Positions 1 through 12,100 of a stretch of 124,000 bases of DNA are shown here, one piece after another. The position numbers were made by a program, and so were the translations under genes. The stretch comes from Hyalangium minutum (GTDB lineage Bacteria > Myxococcota > Myxococcia > Myxococcales > Myxococcaceae), in contig NZ_JMCB01000006.1 of NCBI RefSeq assembly GCF_000737315.1, positions 20,001-144,000 on the forward strand. Reading direction: 5' to 3'. Below the pieces are notes generated by a model, which did not search any database, was not told where the DNA came from, and saw only the letters and a program-made list of their open reading frames with translations. Position 1 is the stretch's first letter. Each line of letters opens with the position of its first letter.

Positions 1-1317
1 GCCCACGTTGATGACGGCGGCCGTCTGGATGCCCGCGAGGATGGAGGGCGCAGCCAGCGGCAGCTCGATGCGCCAGAGCCGTGCACGCGGGGACAGCCCC
101 AGGGCCTGAGCGGACTCGCGAAGGTCGCCCGGGATGCCTCCGAGCCCCGCGGCCGTGTTCCGGACGATGGGCAGCAGGCCATACAGGAACAGCGCCACGA
201 TGGCGGGCCGCGAGCCGATTCCCAACAGCGGGATCATCACCACCAGCAGCGCCAGCGAGGGCACCGTCTGGATGATGCCCGCGAGCCCCAGCACCACCTG
301 CCCTACCCGTGCCCGCTTCGCCGAGAGCACCCCGAGCGGCACCGCCACCCCAATCGCCCCGAGCAGCGACACGAGCACGAGGAACAGGTGCTCGCGCGTC
401 CGCAGCCACACCCGGGAAGCCAGGCTGTCCGACTGCGTCTCCGTCTCCAGGCCCAGCTTGCGCGCCAGGAACTCGGCGGCCACGGTGTCCTCGGGGACGC
501 GCTCCAAGCGGGCGCGAGCGTTGAGTCGCACCATCTCCGGCTCGGAGATCAGCCCCTGCAGCTCCAGGATGGCCGCGAGCACCCGCGGGTTCTTCCGAGC
601 CCAATCCTCCCGGTACAGCAGCACGGCGTCGTAGGCGGGAAAGTGCTTCAGGTCATCCTCGAGCACGCGCAGCCCGTAGGCCGAGATCTCCGCGTCGGTG
701 GAGTACAGGTCCGTCACCTGGATGGCACCGCTCTCCAGCCCCCGGTAGGCCAGGTCATGGTCCAGCCCCCGCACCTGCCGCTGGGGCAGCTGGTAGCGCT
801 CCCGGAGCGCGGGCCACCCATCGCCGCGATCCATGAACTCGTTGCTGAAGCCCAGCTTCAGCTCTGGGTGCGCGCGCAGGTCCGAGATGCGCCGGATGCC
901 CAGGCGCTCGGCCTCCGCCTCCTTCATGCCCAGCGCATACGTGTCATTGAAGCCAAGCGAGGCGCTCATCCCCAGCCCCTCGGCGGCCAGGGCCTCTCGC
1001 AGCGCGGCGTCATCCTTCAGCCCCCGCGAGGCGAACAGCTCCTGGCGAAGCGTCCCGGTGTACTCGGGATAGACCTCCAGCTCGCCGCGCTTCAGGGCCT
1101 CCCAGAGCACGGTGGTGCCTCCGAGCTCGCGCCGGTGCACCGCATGCGCCCCGGAGAGCCGCGCCAGCCGCGCCACCAGCTCCCCGAGGATGACGGACTC
1201 GGTGAACTTCTTGGAGCCCACGCGCACCTCGGGACGAGTGTCCGCCGTGGGCTCGGGAGCACAGGCCACCAGCCACGCCAGCCCCAGCACCAGCACGCTC
1301 GCGCTCAGGCCCCTCAC
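1..1317 (-). CDS. Glycine betaine/osmoprotectant ABC transporter, fused substrate-binding protein + permease (3' end runs off the window)
   Basis: GTG at 1317 overlaps the upstream TGA. Lipobox LVAC, OpuAC-type VGSKKFTESVILGE motif, then hydrophobic permease helices. Absent from the ORF track because it is truncated. Confidence 0.85.
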   Translation of the reverse strand, partial: MRGLSASVLVLGLAWLVACAPEPTADTRPEVRVGSKKFTESVILGELVARLARLSGAHAVHRRELGGTTVLWEALKRGELEVYPEYTGTLRQELFASRGLKDDAALREALAAEGLGMSASLGFNDTYALGMKEAEAERLGIRRISDLRAHPELKLGFSNEFMDRGDGWPALRERYQLPQRQVRGLDHDLAYRGLESGAIQVTDLYSTDAEISAYGLRVLEDDLKHFPAYDAVLLYREDWARKNPRVLAAILELQGLISEPEMVRLNARARLERVPEDTVAAEFLARKLGLETETQSDSLASRVWLRTREHLFLVLVSLLGAIGVAVPLGVLSAKRARVGQVVLGLAGIIQTVPSLALLVVMIPLLGIGSRPAIVALFLYGLLPIVRNTAAGLGGIPGDLRESAQALGLSPRARLWRIELPLAAPSILAGIQTAAVINVG

Positions 1318-2111
1318 GCGCCGCGCTCCAGCACCCGCCGCTGCGCCTGGATGAAGCGGGTGACGAACGGATCCGCCGGAGACGCCTCCAGCTCGGCGAG
1401 TGTCCCCTGCTGCACCACGCGCCCCTCGCGCAGCAGGACGACGCAATGCCCGAGGAACGCCGCCTCGGAGAGATCATGGGTGACGAGCACCACCGTCATC
1501 CCGAGCCGCTCGAAGATGGCGCGCAGATCCACCTGCAGCTCGGAGCGGACCAGCGTGTCCAGCGCTCCCAGGGGCTCATCGAGCAGCAGCACCCGCGGCT
1601 CCAGCATCAGTGCGCGCATGAGCCCCACCCGCTGACGCTGGCCACCGGAGAGCTGCGCGGGAAAACGCCCGAGCGCCTCGCCCGGGAAGCGGGTCAGCTC
1701 CACGAGCGCCTCCAGCCGGGCACGGATGCGCTCCGAAGGCCACCGCAGATACCGGGCCATGAGCTCCACGTTCTGCCCGGCGGTGAGGTGAGGGAACAGG
1801 CCGCCGCCCTGGAGCGCGTAGCCCATGCGCTGGCGCACCGAGAGCATCGCCGCTTCCTCCGGCGGCAGCGGCTGGCCCTCGAAGAGGACACGGCCAGTGT
1901 CGGGCCGGATCAGCCCGTTCATCAGCCGCAGCAGCGTGGACTTCCCACAGCCGCTCGGCCCCAGCAGCACCGTGGTCCGCCCCGAGGGCAGCCGCAGCTC
2001 CAGGGGCTGCAGGGCCTGCGTGGTGCCGAAGCGCTTGGAGACCCCTTGAAGCTCGAACACAGGGGCCCGCGGCTCCGGACCCTCTGCGCGCGGCTCATCC
2101 CTTGACGACAT
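1314..2111 (-). CDS. Osmoprotectant ABC transporter ATP-binding protein
   Basis: Walker A GPSGCGKS, signature LSGGQRQR, Walker B LLLDEP. Start re-called at MSSRDEP. Confidence 0.9.
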   Translation of the reverse strand: MSSRDEPRAEGPEPRAPVFELQGVSKRFGTTQALQPLELRLPSGRTTVLLGPSGCGKSTLLRLMNGLIRPDTGRVLFEGQPLPPEEAAMLSVRQRMGYALQGGGLFPHLTAGQNVELMARYLRWPSERIRARLEALVELTRFPGEALGRFPAQLSGGQRQRVGLMRALMLEPRVLLLDEPLGALDTLVRSELQVDLRAIFERLGMTVVLVTHDLSEAAFLGHCVVLLREGRVVQQGTLAELEASPADPFVTRFIQAQRRVLERGA

Positions 2112-2688
2112 AGACACAGGACGGATGCCCCCGCTTGCGGCATGGATGGGTCTCGTCATGCACGACGGAGCCCACCGCGTGGAGCCTCCGCAGCCCTCCG
2201 AACAGCATCCCTTTGTCGAAGGCGCACGGGTACGGGTTGTTGCTCTCCACCTCCATCGCCCCGTCCGGCCGCTGCTTCCACTTGTAGTGGCCAATGCCCT
2301 CCTGGAGGCGCCCCGTGGCCGAGTTCCACATGGGCCGCCCGTTCTTGCGGTGGTGCAGGTGGTAGCCCGCATCCATCGTCTCCATCATCGACTTCACGTC
2401 CTTGACGGAGGGCAGCCACTCCACGTTCTTCATCACCGACACGCCAATCTGGTGCAGCACCGAGTCCCCCATGTGCTGGCTGGCGCGCGCGAACGCTCGC
2501 AGGAACGCGTCGAACGGGTACCAGGCCTCCGGCTGCACCTCGACCATGCCGTCCGGGCCCTTCTGCCCAATCCCCTCCGCCAAGAGGATCTGACTGGCGA
2601 TCGACTTGAACTGGCCAAACGCATGCACCAGCCCCATCACGTTGCGTCCCGAGACTTCGATGCCCTTGAACTCGCTGAACGGAATCAT
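2095..2688 (-). CDS. Standalone V4R-like small-ligand-binding domain protein
   Basis: PYPCAFDKG and C-terminal CRKRGHPSCVY (V4R-type CxxxGxxxC). Start re-called at MIPFSEF. Confidence 0.6.
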   Translation of the reverse strand: MIPFSEFKGIEVSGRNVMGLVHAFGQFKSIASQILLAEGIGQKGPDGMVEVQPEAWYPFDAFLRAFARASQHMGDSVLHQIGVSVMKNVEWLPSVKDVKSMMETMDAGYHLHHRKNGRPMWNSATGRLQEGIGHYKWKQRPDGAMEVESNNPYPCAFDKGMLFGGLRRLHAVGSVVHDETHPCRKRGHPSCVYVVKG

Positions 2689-3263
2689 CGCGCGGAGGAT
2701 CCTCTCGAACCGGAGCAGGCGGCCTGATGATGGCACGCTTCCTCGGGCTCTCGACATCGCCCCTCGCAGCCGCCCTCCCCAGCAGGTAGGCAGTCCCTGG
2801 GGTGTCTCACCCGGAAGCACATCCACCACCTTTTCGTTCACGGACTGATCAGAAATCCGCGCAGGCCGGAAATTCGGCCCTGGAAGCGACGACAGAGCTG
2901 GAAACTTCCGCCCCTTCGGAATACCCACCCTCATAGGGTGTTTAAAGTTGCTGCATCCTTACGACGTACATTAGTATCCGAAATAGATGAGCCAATGCCA
3001 GACATGGTAGTGGCTCTGAAGCCACCCGCACGCGGACACCCGGGAGCAGGTGATGGGAAGCACTCCGTCACGGCCGTCCGCTCCCGAGTGGGGTGGGTAG
3101 TGCGCAGCGGGCTTGCCCTTCTGCATCCTCGGGGGATGGTGCAGAGGGGGCCCGCTGCGGTTTTTTCACCGCGGAGCCACCGTTCGCTCCTCGATGCAGC
3201 GGCTTGGACTGTCTGGCCGCCCTTGGGGGCCGGTGCTATCTGGGCGGGACGTCCTCTGCTCCT

Positions 3264-5849
3264 GTGAAAGCCGCCCTCCCCGCCACCACCCGACGCGCAT
3301 CCCTGGCACCGCAGGCCCTGCTCATCGGCTCGCTGGTGGTGGCATCCGCGAGCACGGCGCTCTTCCTGGCCACGGCGCAGAGCCGGGACACCTCCCGCTT
3401 CGAGAACCAGGTCCAGGCGACCCAGGACCGGATCTTCGCGCACCTGAGCTCGGACATCGCCTTGCTGCGCGGCGCCGCGGGCCTCTTCGCTGCCAGCACC
3501 TCCGTCACCCGCGAGGAGTTCCGCATCTACGTCGAGCGGCTCGACTTGCGGCGGTATGATCCGGGGCTCCAGGGGCTCGGCTTCGCCGCACGCATCCCCG
3601 CCAGCGAGCAGGAGCACTGGTTGGAGCAGGCACGCGCCGATGGCCTGCCCTCGTTCCACATCTGGCCCGCGGGCGCTCGCGACGAGTACTACGCCATCCT
3701 CTACCTGGAGCCCCAGGACGCCCGGAACGAGGCGGCGCTGGGCTTCGACATGTTCACGGAGCCCAAGCGCCGCGAGGCCATGGAGCGGGCCTGGATGACA
3801 GGGGAGCCTGCGCTGTCGGGCCGTGTCGTCCTCAAGCAGGAGATTGATAAGGACCAGCAGGCGGGGTTCCTGCTGTACGTGCCCGTGTACCGAGGCGGGA
3901 ACATTCCCCCCACCGAGGACCAGCGCCGGGAAGAGCTCGAAGGGTTCGTCTACAGCCCCTTCCGGGCGGAGGACCTGTTCACCGGCATCTTCCCGCCCAC
4001 GCATTCCCCGCGGATCCTCTTCCGCGTCTACGACGGGACGGAGGCGCAAGCCGGGCAGCTCCTCTATGACTCGGCCTCCGCCGAGGGGGAGCCTCCGCCG
4101 AGCACGCCCCGCTTCGTGCGGACCTCGCGCCTGGAGATAGCGGGGCAGCCCTGGACGCTCGTCTTCGCCTCCTCGCCCAGCTTCGAGCGCACGCTGCTGA
4201 GTCCCTGGGTGCCCACCGTGGGAGGCGCGGGCGTGCTGCTCAGTCTGATGGTGTACGCCGTGGCGCGGTCCCAGTTCATCGGCCGGCAGCGCGCCGAGGC
4301 CAGCGAGGCCGAGCGGGCCCAGCTCCTGACGCGCGAGAAGGCCGCCCACGCCGAGGCCGAGGCCCAGCGTACCTATCTCCATGAAGTCTTCATGACGGCC
4401 CCTGCCGTCATCGGCATCTTCCGGGGGCCCGAGCACGTCTTCGAGTTCGCCAACGCCGCCTACCAGAAGGTGCTGGGGAACCGGGAGCTGCTGGGCCGTC
4501 CTCTCTCCGAAGCCCTGCCGGACCTGGCGCCGGAGATCCTCGCCGTGGCGGACACCGTCTACCAGACCGGACAGCCCCACTCGGATCAAGAGGTGCGCAT
4601 TCCCCTGGCGTATAGCGCTGGCCAGCGCGAGGAGAAGTACTGGAACCTCATTTGGCAGCCGCGCCGGAACACCGCGGGCCAGGTGGACGGCGTGCTGCTG
4701 TACGCCTTCGAGGTCACCGAGCAGGTCCTGGCGCGCAAGCTGGTGGAGGCCAGCCGCGAGGAGGCACGGCGGAGCGCGGAGCAACTGCAGACCATCACCG
4801 ACACGCTGCCAGCGCTCGTCGCCTATGTGGATGCGCAGCAGTACTACCGGTTCGCGAACCGGGCGTATGAGACGTGGTTCGGCCGGAAGCCCCAGGAGGT
4901 GGTGGGCAAGACGATCCAAGAGTTCGTTGGAGAGAAGATCTACGCGCGCTTCCAGGAGCCCATCCTCCGGGCCCTGGCGGGCGAGACCGTGCGCTTCGAG
5001 GGCGAGCTGCCCCGGAAGGACGGGCAGAAGCTCTTCATCCAGTCCAGCTATATCCCGGAGCGGGATGAGCACGGGCAGGTGCGTGGCTTCGTGGTGTTGG
5101 CCTTCGACATCACCGAGCGCAAGCAGGCGGAGGAGGCCGTGCGCAACGCCGTGCGGCTGCGCGATGAGTTCCTCTCCGTGGCCAGCCACGAGCTGAAGAC
5201 GCCGCTGACGCCCCTGAGCCTGAAGCTGCAGACGCTGGCGCGTGATGCGGCAGCGCAGCCGGACTCGGCGTTCGTGCTGAAGGTCCGCACATCTGTGGAG
5301 GCGGGGCTCAAGCAGCTCAAGCGGCTGTCGGACCTGATTGGGGATCTGCTGGATGTGTCGCGGATCACCTCGGGGCAGATGAAGCTGTACTGGGAGCCGG
5401 TGGACTTCGCCGCCGTGGTCCGTGAGGTGGCCACGCGGCTGGAGCCCGAGGCGGCCCGGGCCGAGTCCCGCCTCATGCTGGAGCTGCCAGCGGAGGTGCC
5501 AGGCCGCTCGGACCGGATGCGGCTGGAGCAGGTGGCGGAGAACCTGCTGACGAACGCCATCAAGTACGGGGCGGGCAAGCCGATTCATGTCCGGCTGGAG
5601 GCGAGCCCCGAGCGCATCGCCTTCACCGTGAAGGACGAGGGAATTGGCATTGCCCCCGAGAACCAGGCGCGCATCTTCGAGCGGTTCGAGCGCGCCGTGT
5701 CCGAGCGGAACTACGGCGGCCTGGGGCTGGGGCTCTACATCACCCGCACCATCGTCGAGGCCCTGGGAGGCACCATCCGCGTGAAGAGCGAGCCCGGTCA
5801 GGGCGCCTGCTTCACCGTGGAGCTTCCCCGGGAGCCCGCGGTTTCTTAG
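3264..5849 (+). CDS. CHASE-PAS-PAS sensor histidine kinase
   Basis: TM-CHASE (GFDMFTEPKRREAMERA)-TM, two PAS domains, H-box SHELKTPL, DEGIGI and GLGLGL boxes. Start uncertain (ORF opens at 3093). Confidence 0.9.
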   Translation: MKAALPATTRRASLAPQALLIGSLVVASASTALFLATAQSRDTSRFENQVQATQDRIFAHLSSDIALLRGAAGLFAASTSVTREEFRIYVERLDLRRYDPGLQGLGFAARIPASEQEHWLEQARADGLPSFHIWPAGARDEYYAILYLEPQDARNEAALGFDMFTEPKRREAMERAWMTGEPALSGRVVLKQEIDKDQQAGFLLYVPVYRGGNIPPTEDQRREELEGFVYSPFRAEDLFTGIFPPTHSPRILFRVYDGTEAQAGQLLYDSASAEGEPPPSTPRFVRTSRLEIAGQPWTLVFASSPSFERTLLSPWVPTVGGAGVLLSLMVYAVARSQFIGRQRAEASEAERAQLLTREKAAHAEAEAQRTYLHEVFMTAPAVIGIFRGPEHVFEFANAAYQKVLGNRELLGRPLSEALPDLAPEILAVADTVYQTGQPHSDQEVRIPLAYSAGQREEKYWNLIWQPRRNTAGQVDGVLLYAFEVTEQVLARKLVEASREEARRSAEQLQTITDTLPALVAYVDAQQYYRFANRAYETWFGRKPQEVVGKTIQEFVGEKIYARFQEPILRALAGETVRFEGELPRKDGQKLFIQSSYIPERDEHGQVRGFVVLAFDITERKQAEEAVRNAVRLRDEFLSVASHELKTPLTPLSLKLQTLARDAAAQPDSAFVLKVRTSVEAGLKQLKRLSDLIGDLLDVSRITSGQMKLYWEPVDFAAVVREVATRLEPEAARAESRLMLELPAEVPGRSDRMRLEQVAENLLTNAIKYGAGKPIHVRLEASPERIAFTVKDEGIGIAPENQARIFERFERAVSERNYGGLGLGLYITRTIVEALGGTIRVKSEPGQGACFTVELPREPAVS

Positions 5850-6144
5850 GCCAGTTCTTGAGCTTCATGAGCTGGAAGACGCCTGCGGCCACAAGCCCCC
5901 CTACAAAGAGGGAGACGAGCACCTGCAACCAGAAGAGATTCTTCTGGAGGACGTGGTCATCGAAGCACTTGGCCTCTCTGATGGCGATCTCGCGAGTGAG
6001 CGAGTCGAAACCGCGCACGTAGTCCCAGTCTTCGGCGATACGCCCGCACACCAGCTTCATTGAGGCCAGGAAGGTCGCAACAAAGACCACCTCGAACGTG
6101 GCTAAGGTCCAGAGCGGCCGCACCAGTCCATAGAGCCTGTGCAT
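5812..6144 (-). CDS. Small 2-TM protein, candidate immunity protein for the Rhs toxin
   Basis: Starts 3 nt after the Rhs stop on the same strand. Two hydrophobic helices and atypical codon usage. Confidence 0.55.
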   Translation of the reverse strand: MHRLYGLVRPLWTLATFEVVFVATFLASMKLVCGRIAEDWDYVRGFDSLTREIAIREAKCFDDHVLQKNLFWLQVLVSLFVGGLVAAGVFQLMKLKNWPKKPRAPGEAPR

Positions 6145-6147
6145 GTC

Positions 6148-9100
6148 TCAGCCTCCGGACAAATCGGAACCATGCCTCCATCCCTCTGGCAACTCGAGCT
6201 CCATGATGCTGAGCAACTGCTCCAGTTCTTCTTGCGCCGCCTCCTCATCATAGAGCCCGGCGACATGCTGAATCTCCGCGATGAAGGCAACCTTTCGATT
6301 ATTCGTGTTGGAGCCCCGGAAGAGATCTGCGCTCAGCAAGATCTCCCTACCTCGGGCCCGCCCGATGTAATGCTTGGCCGAAGACTCGCGGGACTGGCCG
6401 AAATCCACGACATAGATCTCCGCTCGCTCCGCTGCTGCTGTGAGAGCGGCGAGGCGGTCAGGATCGAGCATTCCGTTGGGATCGGAGCTAGGTATCTCGG
6501 TTCGACAGGTCTCCACGTCTATGTCAACGGCCCTCAACCGCTTGAGGTTATTGAAGTCTTCGTTCTCCCCCATGCGGCGCCCCACGGTCCCGGCGAAGAT
6601 GAAAGCAGCGACGATGATGATAATGACGATCGCCAAGCCCACCAGGAGACCGAACTTCCCGCTCGGGTCGACGTAAGCCGTGGGATTGCCACGGACGTAC
6701 TGATAGATGTTTGCTCCATCTACCATCCCAAGCCTGTCCGGCTGAATCCACCGCCCTAGCTTCGGATCCATGTAGCGGTCGCGGTGGTAGTTCAGCCCGG
6801 TCGAGTCGTGCTCGCGCCCTGTGTACCCGAACGCCAGCATCGGCCCGCTCCCACTCGTGGTCCTCGCCCCATAGGCATCGTAGGAGTTCGTCCTCACGAC
6901 GGCTCCCGTCTGATCCGCGATGGCCACAACGGAGCCGAGCGCGTCCGTGAGGGGGGAGTAGGTGCTGCCTGCCTGCTGGAAGCTGAGGATCTCGTCAGTG
7001 GTCTGTGGGTGGGTCAGGTAGCTCGTCGGGGTGGGGCTCGTGCTGGAGAACTCCTGGAGAACGGTCGCACCGTCGAGCAGGTACTGGGTCGAACCCGCTG
7101 GCGTCGTCTGCTTGGTACGAAGCCCCGTGGCGTCGTACTCGAAGGTATGCAGCTCTCCTGAAGCCAGGGTGACCTGCCGCAACCTGTTGTCGAGATCCCA
7201 GCCATACTGCTTCACCAGTTGGCCTGCCTTGGTCTCGCTCAGCAGGTTGCCATTGTTGTCGTAACCGTACTCAGTGGCCACGCCGCCCTCGAAGCTCCTC
7301 TCGAGCTGGTTGAAGGCGTTGAAGGCGCTGTTCACCTGCCGGTTCGTCCCGCCAGTCACCTCACGGAGCGCGGTTCGGTTTCCCAGCAGGTCCAGCGTGT
7401 ACCTCACGCTGCGCTGAGTCCCGTAGTCCACTCCCGTCAGCCGGTCGGATGCGTCATAGATGTAAGACTCTCGGGTCCCATCCGCGAGCGTCTTGGAGAG
7501 CCGGTTTCCTCCCGCATCGTACGTATAGGAGCTGCCAGCCACCACCGCGCCTTCCTTGGCATGGACGATGCCAAGCAGTTGGCTCGCGGCATCGTAGGAG
7601 TACGTCGTGGCGATGCCGTTGGAGCGTGTGATGCGCGTGCGGCGTCCCAGATCGTCGTAGCTGATCACCGTCCGCTGGCCGGCGCTGTCCACGGCCTGCC
7701 TCAGCAGATTGAGCGCGTCATAGGAATAGTGATGTTCCAAGCCCGCACTCGTGACGCTCGTGCGATTGCCGTTGGCGTCGTAGGTGTAGCGGAGCGTCCG
7801 TCCCAGGCTGGCGTCGATGACCTCCTTCACACGGCCCAGGGCGTCGTACTCGAGGGTTCGTGCATGGGTCCCATTCTTCTCGAGCGTCCGGCGCCCCGCC
7901 TCGTCGTAGTCGTACTGGTAGGTGCTCCCATCCTCGAAGGTCACGCTCTTCAGGCGCCGGTTGCCGTCGTAGGCATAGGTGGTCCGCCTGCTATTGCCAT
8001 CCACCTTCGCTGTGCGATTGCCTACGCCGTCATACTCGTAGCTCGTCACCACATTGAGGGGGTTCTTCTCCCACTGCAGCCTGTTGGCCAGGTCGTACTG
8101 GTACTGCGTCCGCTGGCTCCCTGCGGTCACGGACGTCCGGTTCCCTCGCCCGTCATATCCGTAGGTGATGGACTGATCGCCTTTGGTGACCCTCTCCAGC
8201 AATCCATGGGACCCGTAAGCGTACGTCGTAGGCGCCTGGCCAAGCTCGGAGCTGGCCTTGATTCTCCCTGCGGTGTCGTACTCGTACCGGCTCTCACGCT
8301 TCAGCGAGTCGACCTCGGACAGCACGCGGCCCATCCTGTCGAAGTCACGCCGGTACAAGCCTCCTGTGGCATCGACCTGAACGCAGGGCTGCGTCGTCAG
8401 CTCGGCACAGTAGCCCAGGACGGTACTGGCTCCGTTGGCCAGCACCGTCTCCACGTGCCTTCCGGCGGCGTCATAGCGCATCACCGTCCGCGCGTTCCGG
8501 GCATCCACCAGCGCCACCACCCGGCCATTGGCGTCGTACTCCGTCCGGCTCACCCCATTGAGCGCATCCTCGACGGACGTCACCCGCCCCACCGCGTCGT
8601 ACGTGTACGTCGTCACTGCCAACAAAGGGTTCTTCGTGGTGAGCCGGTGGCCTTCGGCATCGTAGGTGGACTCGAAGCGAGCATTCAGCGCGTCCACCAT
8701 CGCGGTGACCTGACCCGCGGCGTCTACCTCGAAGGTGTGCTTCTTGTTGTCGCTGTCCTTCGTTTCGGTGATGTATCCCGCTGAGTTGAAGGTCAGCGTC
8801 GTGGTCACCTGCTGGGGATCCGTCATCGTCAGGGGGAGGCCTTTGCTCCCATAGGTCATCCGGGTCACCGCAGGCCCCGGCTTCGTGAAGGTCTCCAGCC
8901 GTCCGCGCGCGTCGTAGCCGTAGCTCGCCACCCCGAGGCCATCCGTCCGGGTCTTCAACCGGCCTGCCGTGTCATAGGTGTTCGTCACCTTGGGCCGCCC
9001 CGTTGCCTCCACCGTGAGCACCTGGTTGAACGCCGTGTCATAGGTGTACTTCGTCACCCGACCATCGGGATCCCGCTGCTCGGTCATGTTGCCGCGCGTG

Positions 9101-12100
9101 TCATAGATGCGCTCGGTGACGAGGCTGCGCGCGTCCTTCTCCTGCGTGAGGTTGTGCGCCGTATCCCATTGGCGCTCGGTTCGATTGCCCAGCGGATCCA
9201 CGAGGACCACGGGATTCCCCGCCGCGTTGTGCTCGCGCTGCCACTCGTTCCCCAGCCGATCCACGTAGACGGCACGGCGGTTCACCGTGTCATAGAACGC
9301 AGAGGCCTTATGGCCGAGCGGGTTGATGCTTCCCACCCACCGATCCAGCGCGTCGTAGAGGGTGACCCAGACCTTGCCTCGCTTGTCGGTCCGCCGAACG
9401 AGGTTGTGCGCATCGTCGTAGGCGTACGTCTCCATGTTGTTGAGCACGTCCACGGCGCCGACGAGATCGTCACCCTCGTAGGCGTAACGCACCGTGCGGT
9501 TCGCGCGATCCGTCACCTTCGTGAGCTTCCCATCCGTGTACCCAAAGCTCAGCGCCACCTCATTGTCAGAGTCCCTCACTTCGGAGGGGAGCCCGTTCGC
9601 ATAGAGGATGTCGACACGGCTGCCACCCGGCTCCGAGATACTTCGCAGCCGCCTGGACGAATTGAACTCGTAAACCAGCCCCTCTTTCGTCCGCAGCCTG
9701 TACCCATCCGAGAGCACAGTCAGTGTCAGGTACCAGCCCGGCGGCGCGGTGAACGTCGAGCCCGATTTCTGGAAGCGCACCTCGCGCCAGTCCTCGGTGA
9801 TGTACGTCAGGCTCCCGTTCAGCTCGAGGCGAAGGTACATCCCGTAGCTGTGCATCCACCCGTACCCTAGCTCCGTCATCCCATTCCCTCGGGAGGCGTA
9901 CGTGCGGCGCCAGGTGATGGGCAGCCCCACCGCTGGGAGCGTCAGATCCGTCCACTGCTCCCGCAGGTTGCCAGTGGCCATGTTCACCGTGGAATTCACC
10001 ACGGCCTCGTCACAGCCACAGGCGGGTCCCTCGGAGGAGCCGCTGGAGCCCCCCGGTCCACTGTTGCTGCCGCCGTTGAGCAGCTCGCCGATCAGGTAGG
10101 CCCCCTCCCCCGTCACCGGGTTCTCCAGGATGTAGCCCTCCTGGTTGATGTACTGCTGGTAGTTGGTGGGGTGCTGGGGGATGGTGATCCGCCAACCTGC
10201 TGCCAGCGCCTGATCCACCCGGCTCATCGTCAGGTCCGAGAAGCCCTGAAGCAGGGCCCGGCCTGACGAGTCCTGCGGCGTGATCCGGAAGACGGGAACG
10301 CCCTGGCTCGCCGACGCCTGGATGATGCGCACCGCGGACACCGAGACGGTGGACATCACCTCTTCCCACACCTTGTGCTCGAGCGCGCTGCCATGGTGGC
10401 CCGCCAGCCGCATCAGCCCCGCCTGGTAGCGGAAGTCCGCATCCATCGGCATCGGCGTCACCGAGTCCCGCGCCACGTCCAGCACGTACTTGCCCGGCGC
10501 CAGCGAGAGCGGCGTGCCGTTCACCTGCTGCACCTTCAGCTCCTTGCCCGCCGTGCCCTCGATGACGTCCTGGAGCACGCGGTGGCGCTGAAGCCCGAAC
10601 AGCCGCGCCGCGTCCGCTCCCTTGTGGTGCGAGTACAGCGCCAGGGCCAGGTGGGCCTCGAACTCCGCGCGCTCGTCTCCCGTCAGCCCCTGCGCCTGCT
10701 GCCGCAGCGCCTGGATCTGGCTCACAGGCGTGGCGCCCGCACTCGCCATGAACGCGTACACACCTCCCGCGATCAGCGAGTGCTTCACCACCGCCGGAGC
10801 ATCTCCCGGAATGGTCACCTTCACGGTGAGCTCCTGCTCCACACCCGGCATCACCGCGCTGAAGCGCTTGGCCTCCTGGCCATTGACCCTCAGGGAGGGG
10901 GCCACGCGCACCGCGTACGGCCGGACTCCCGTGATGCCCCCCGCCGTCTGGATGGCGGCTTCATCCGTTGGGGTCGCTCCCGGATAGCGCAGCGCGACCC
11001 GCGGCCCCTGCAGCTCCGCCAGCTCGAACGTGGCCTTCTCGCCTCCGAGTGACAGCTCGACCGTGTGTCGGAAGCTCTGGGGCGGCCTGGCGAAGTGGAG
11101 GGGCTCCGACACCAGCTCCGCGGGGTGCTCGGCCGGCAACAGCCGGAAGAGGTCTTCTTGCACGGTGGCCTTGGCCAGCGCGTCATCCAGCGTGTTGCAC
11201 AGGTTGCGCAGCTTGGCTGCGTCCAGGAGCTGCCGCTCGAAGATCTCTCGCGGTGTGTCGGAGGTCAGCGCCCCCAGGTACGCATTGAAGTCGAAGGAGA
11301 CGAGCCCTCGCAGGTCCACGCCCTGGCTGTGCTGCACGCGCTTCAGGCCCGGATCGAGCCGGACCCACAGGTTCTCGCCTCCCCGGCCCGTGCCTCGGTA
11401 GTCCGAGTACGCCACGTACGCACGGACATAGGCGCGCTCGGTGAGGACACCCTTGCCGTCCTCCGTGAGGGCCGCCGGGATGCCCGAGGACGACAGCACG
11501 AAGGCGGCTGTCCTCGCATCCACCGCTCCTGTGAGCGCCTGGGCCTGCGCCGCAGAGAGCCGCACCGTCGTGTACTCGTAGCGTGCGGGAACGCCCGCCT
11601 CGCGCAGCAGGGCGATGAGCAGGGACGCCTGATCGAAGTCATTGCCGGCGCCCTCGGCGAGCGTCGCCGCCGCGCCCTTCTTGGAGCCGTAGTACAGCTC
11701 GGTCTTCACCTTCGTGTGCACGTGGTTGTAGAGCGCGAGCGGCTGGTTCCCCAGCGACTGGGCCAGCAGCTTCAGCTCCGGGCTGCGCAGCGTCTCGGGC
11801 GTCTCCGCGAGATCCTCGGGAGCCGGCTCCGGGAGCACGCCCAGCAACGGCATCAGCAGCCCCAGGTCCGTCATCACCGAGGCCAGCCGCACGGGGGCGC
11901 GCGGAACTCCCGCCAGCGCCGTCTCCAGCGCCACGGAGCTGCCATCCGCCAGCTCCACGGAGACGGACTCTCCCTCCAGTGACGCGTAGAAGGAGTCCAG
12001 CTCGGGCGTCCGCTGCCCCAGCGTTCCCTTGCGCCGGGGAGCGGGAGGGTTCGGCTTCAGAGGCTTGAGCCGTCCCAGGTCCAGCATGCTCCCCCGGCTG

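Noticed and set aside
6139-6759. 206-aa plus-strand ORF over the Rhs C-terminus
   Set aside because: Antisense to the in-frame toxin tail, with no domain signal.
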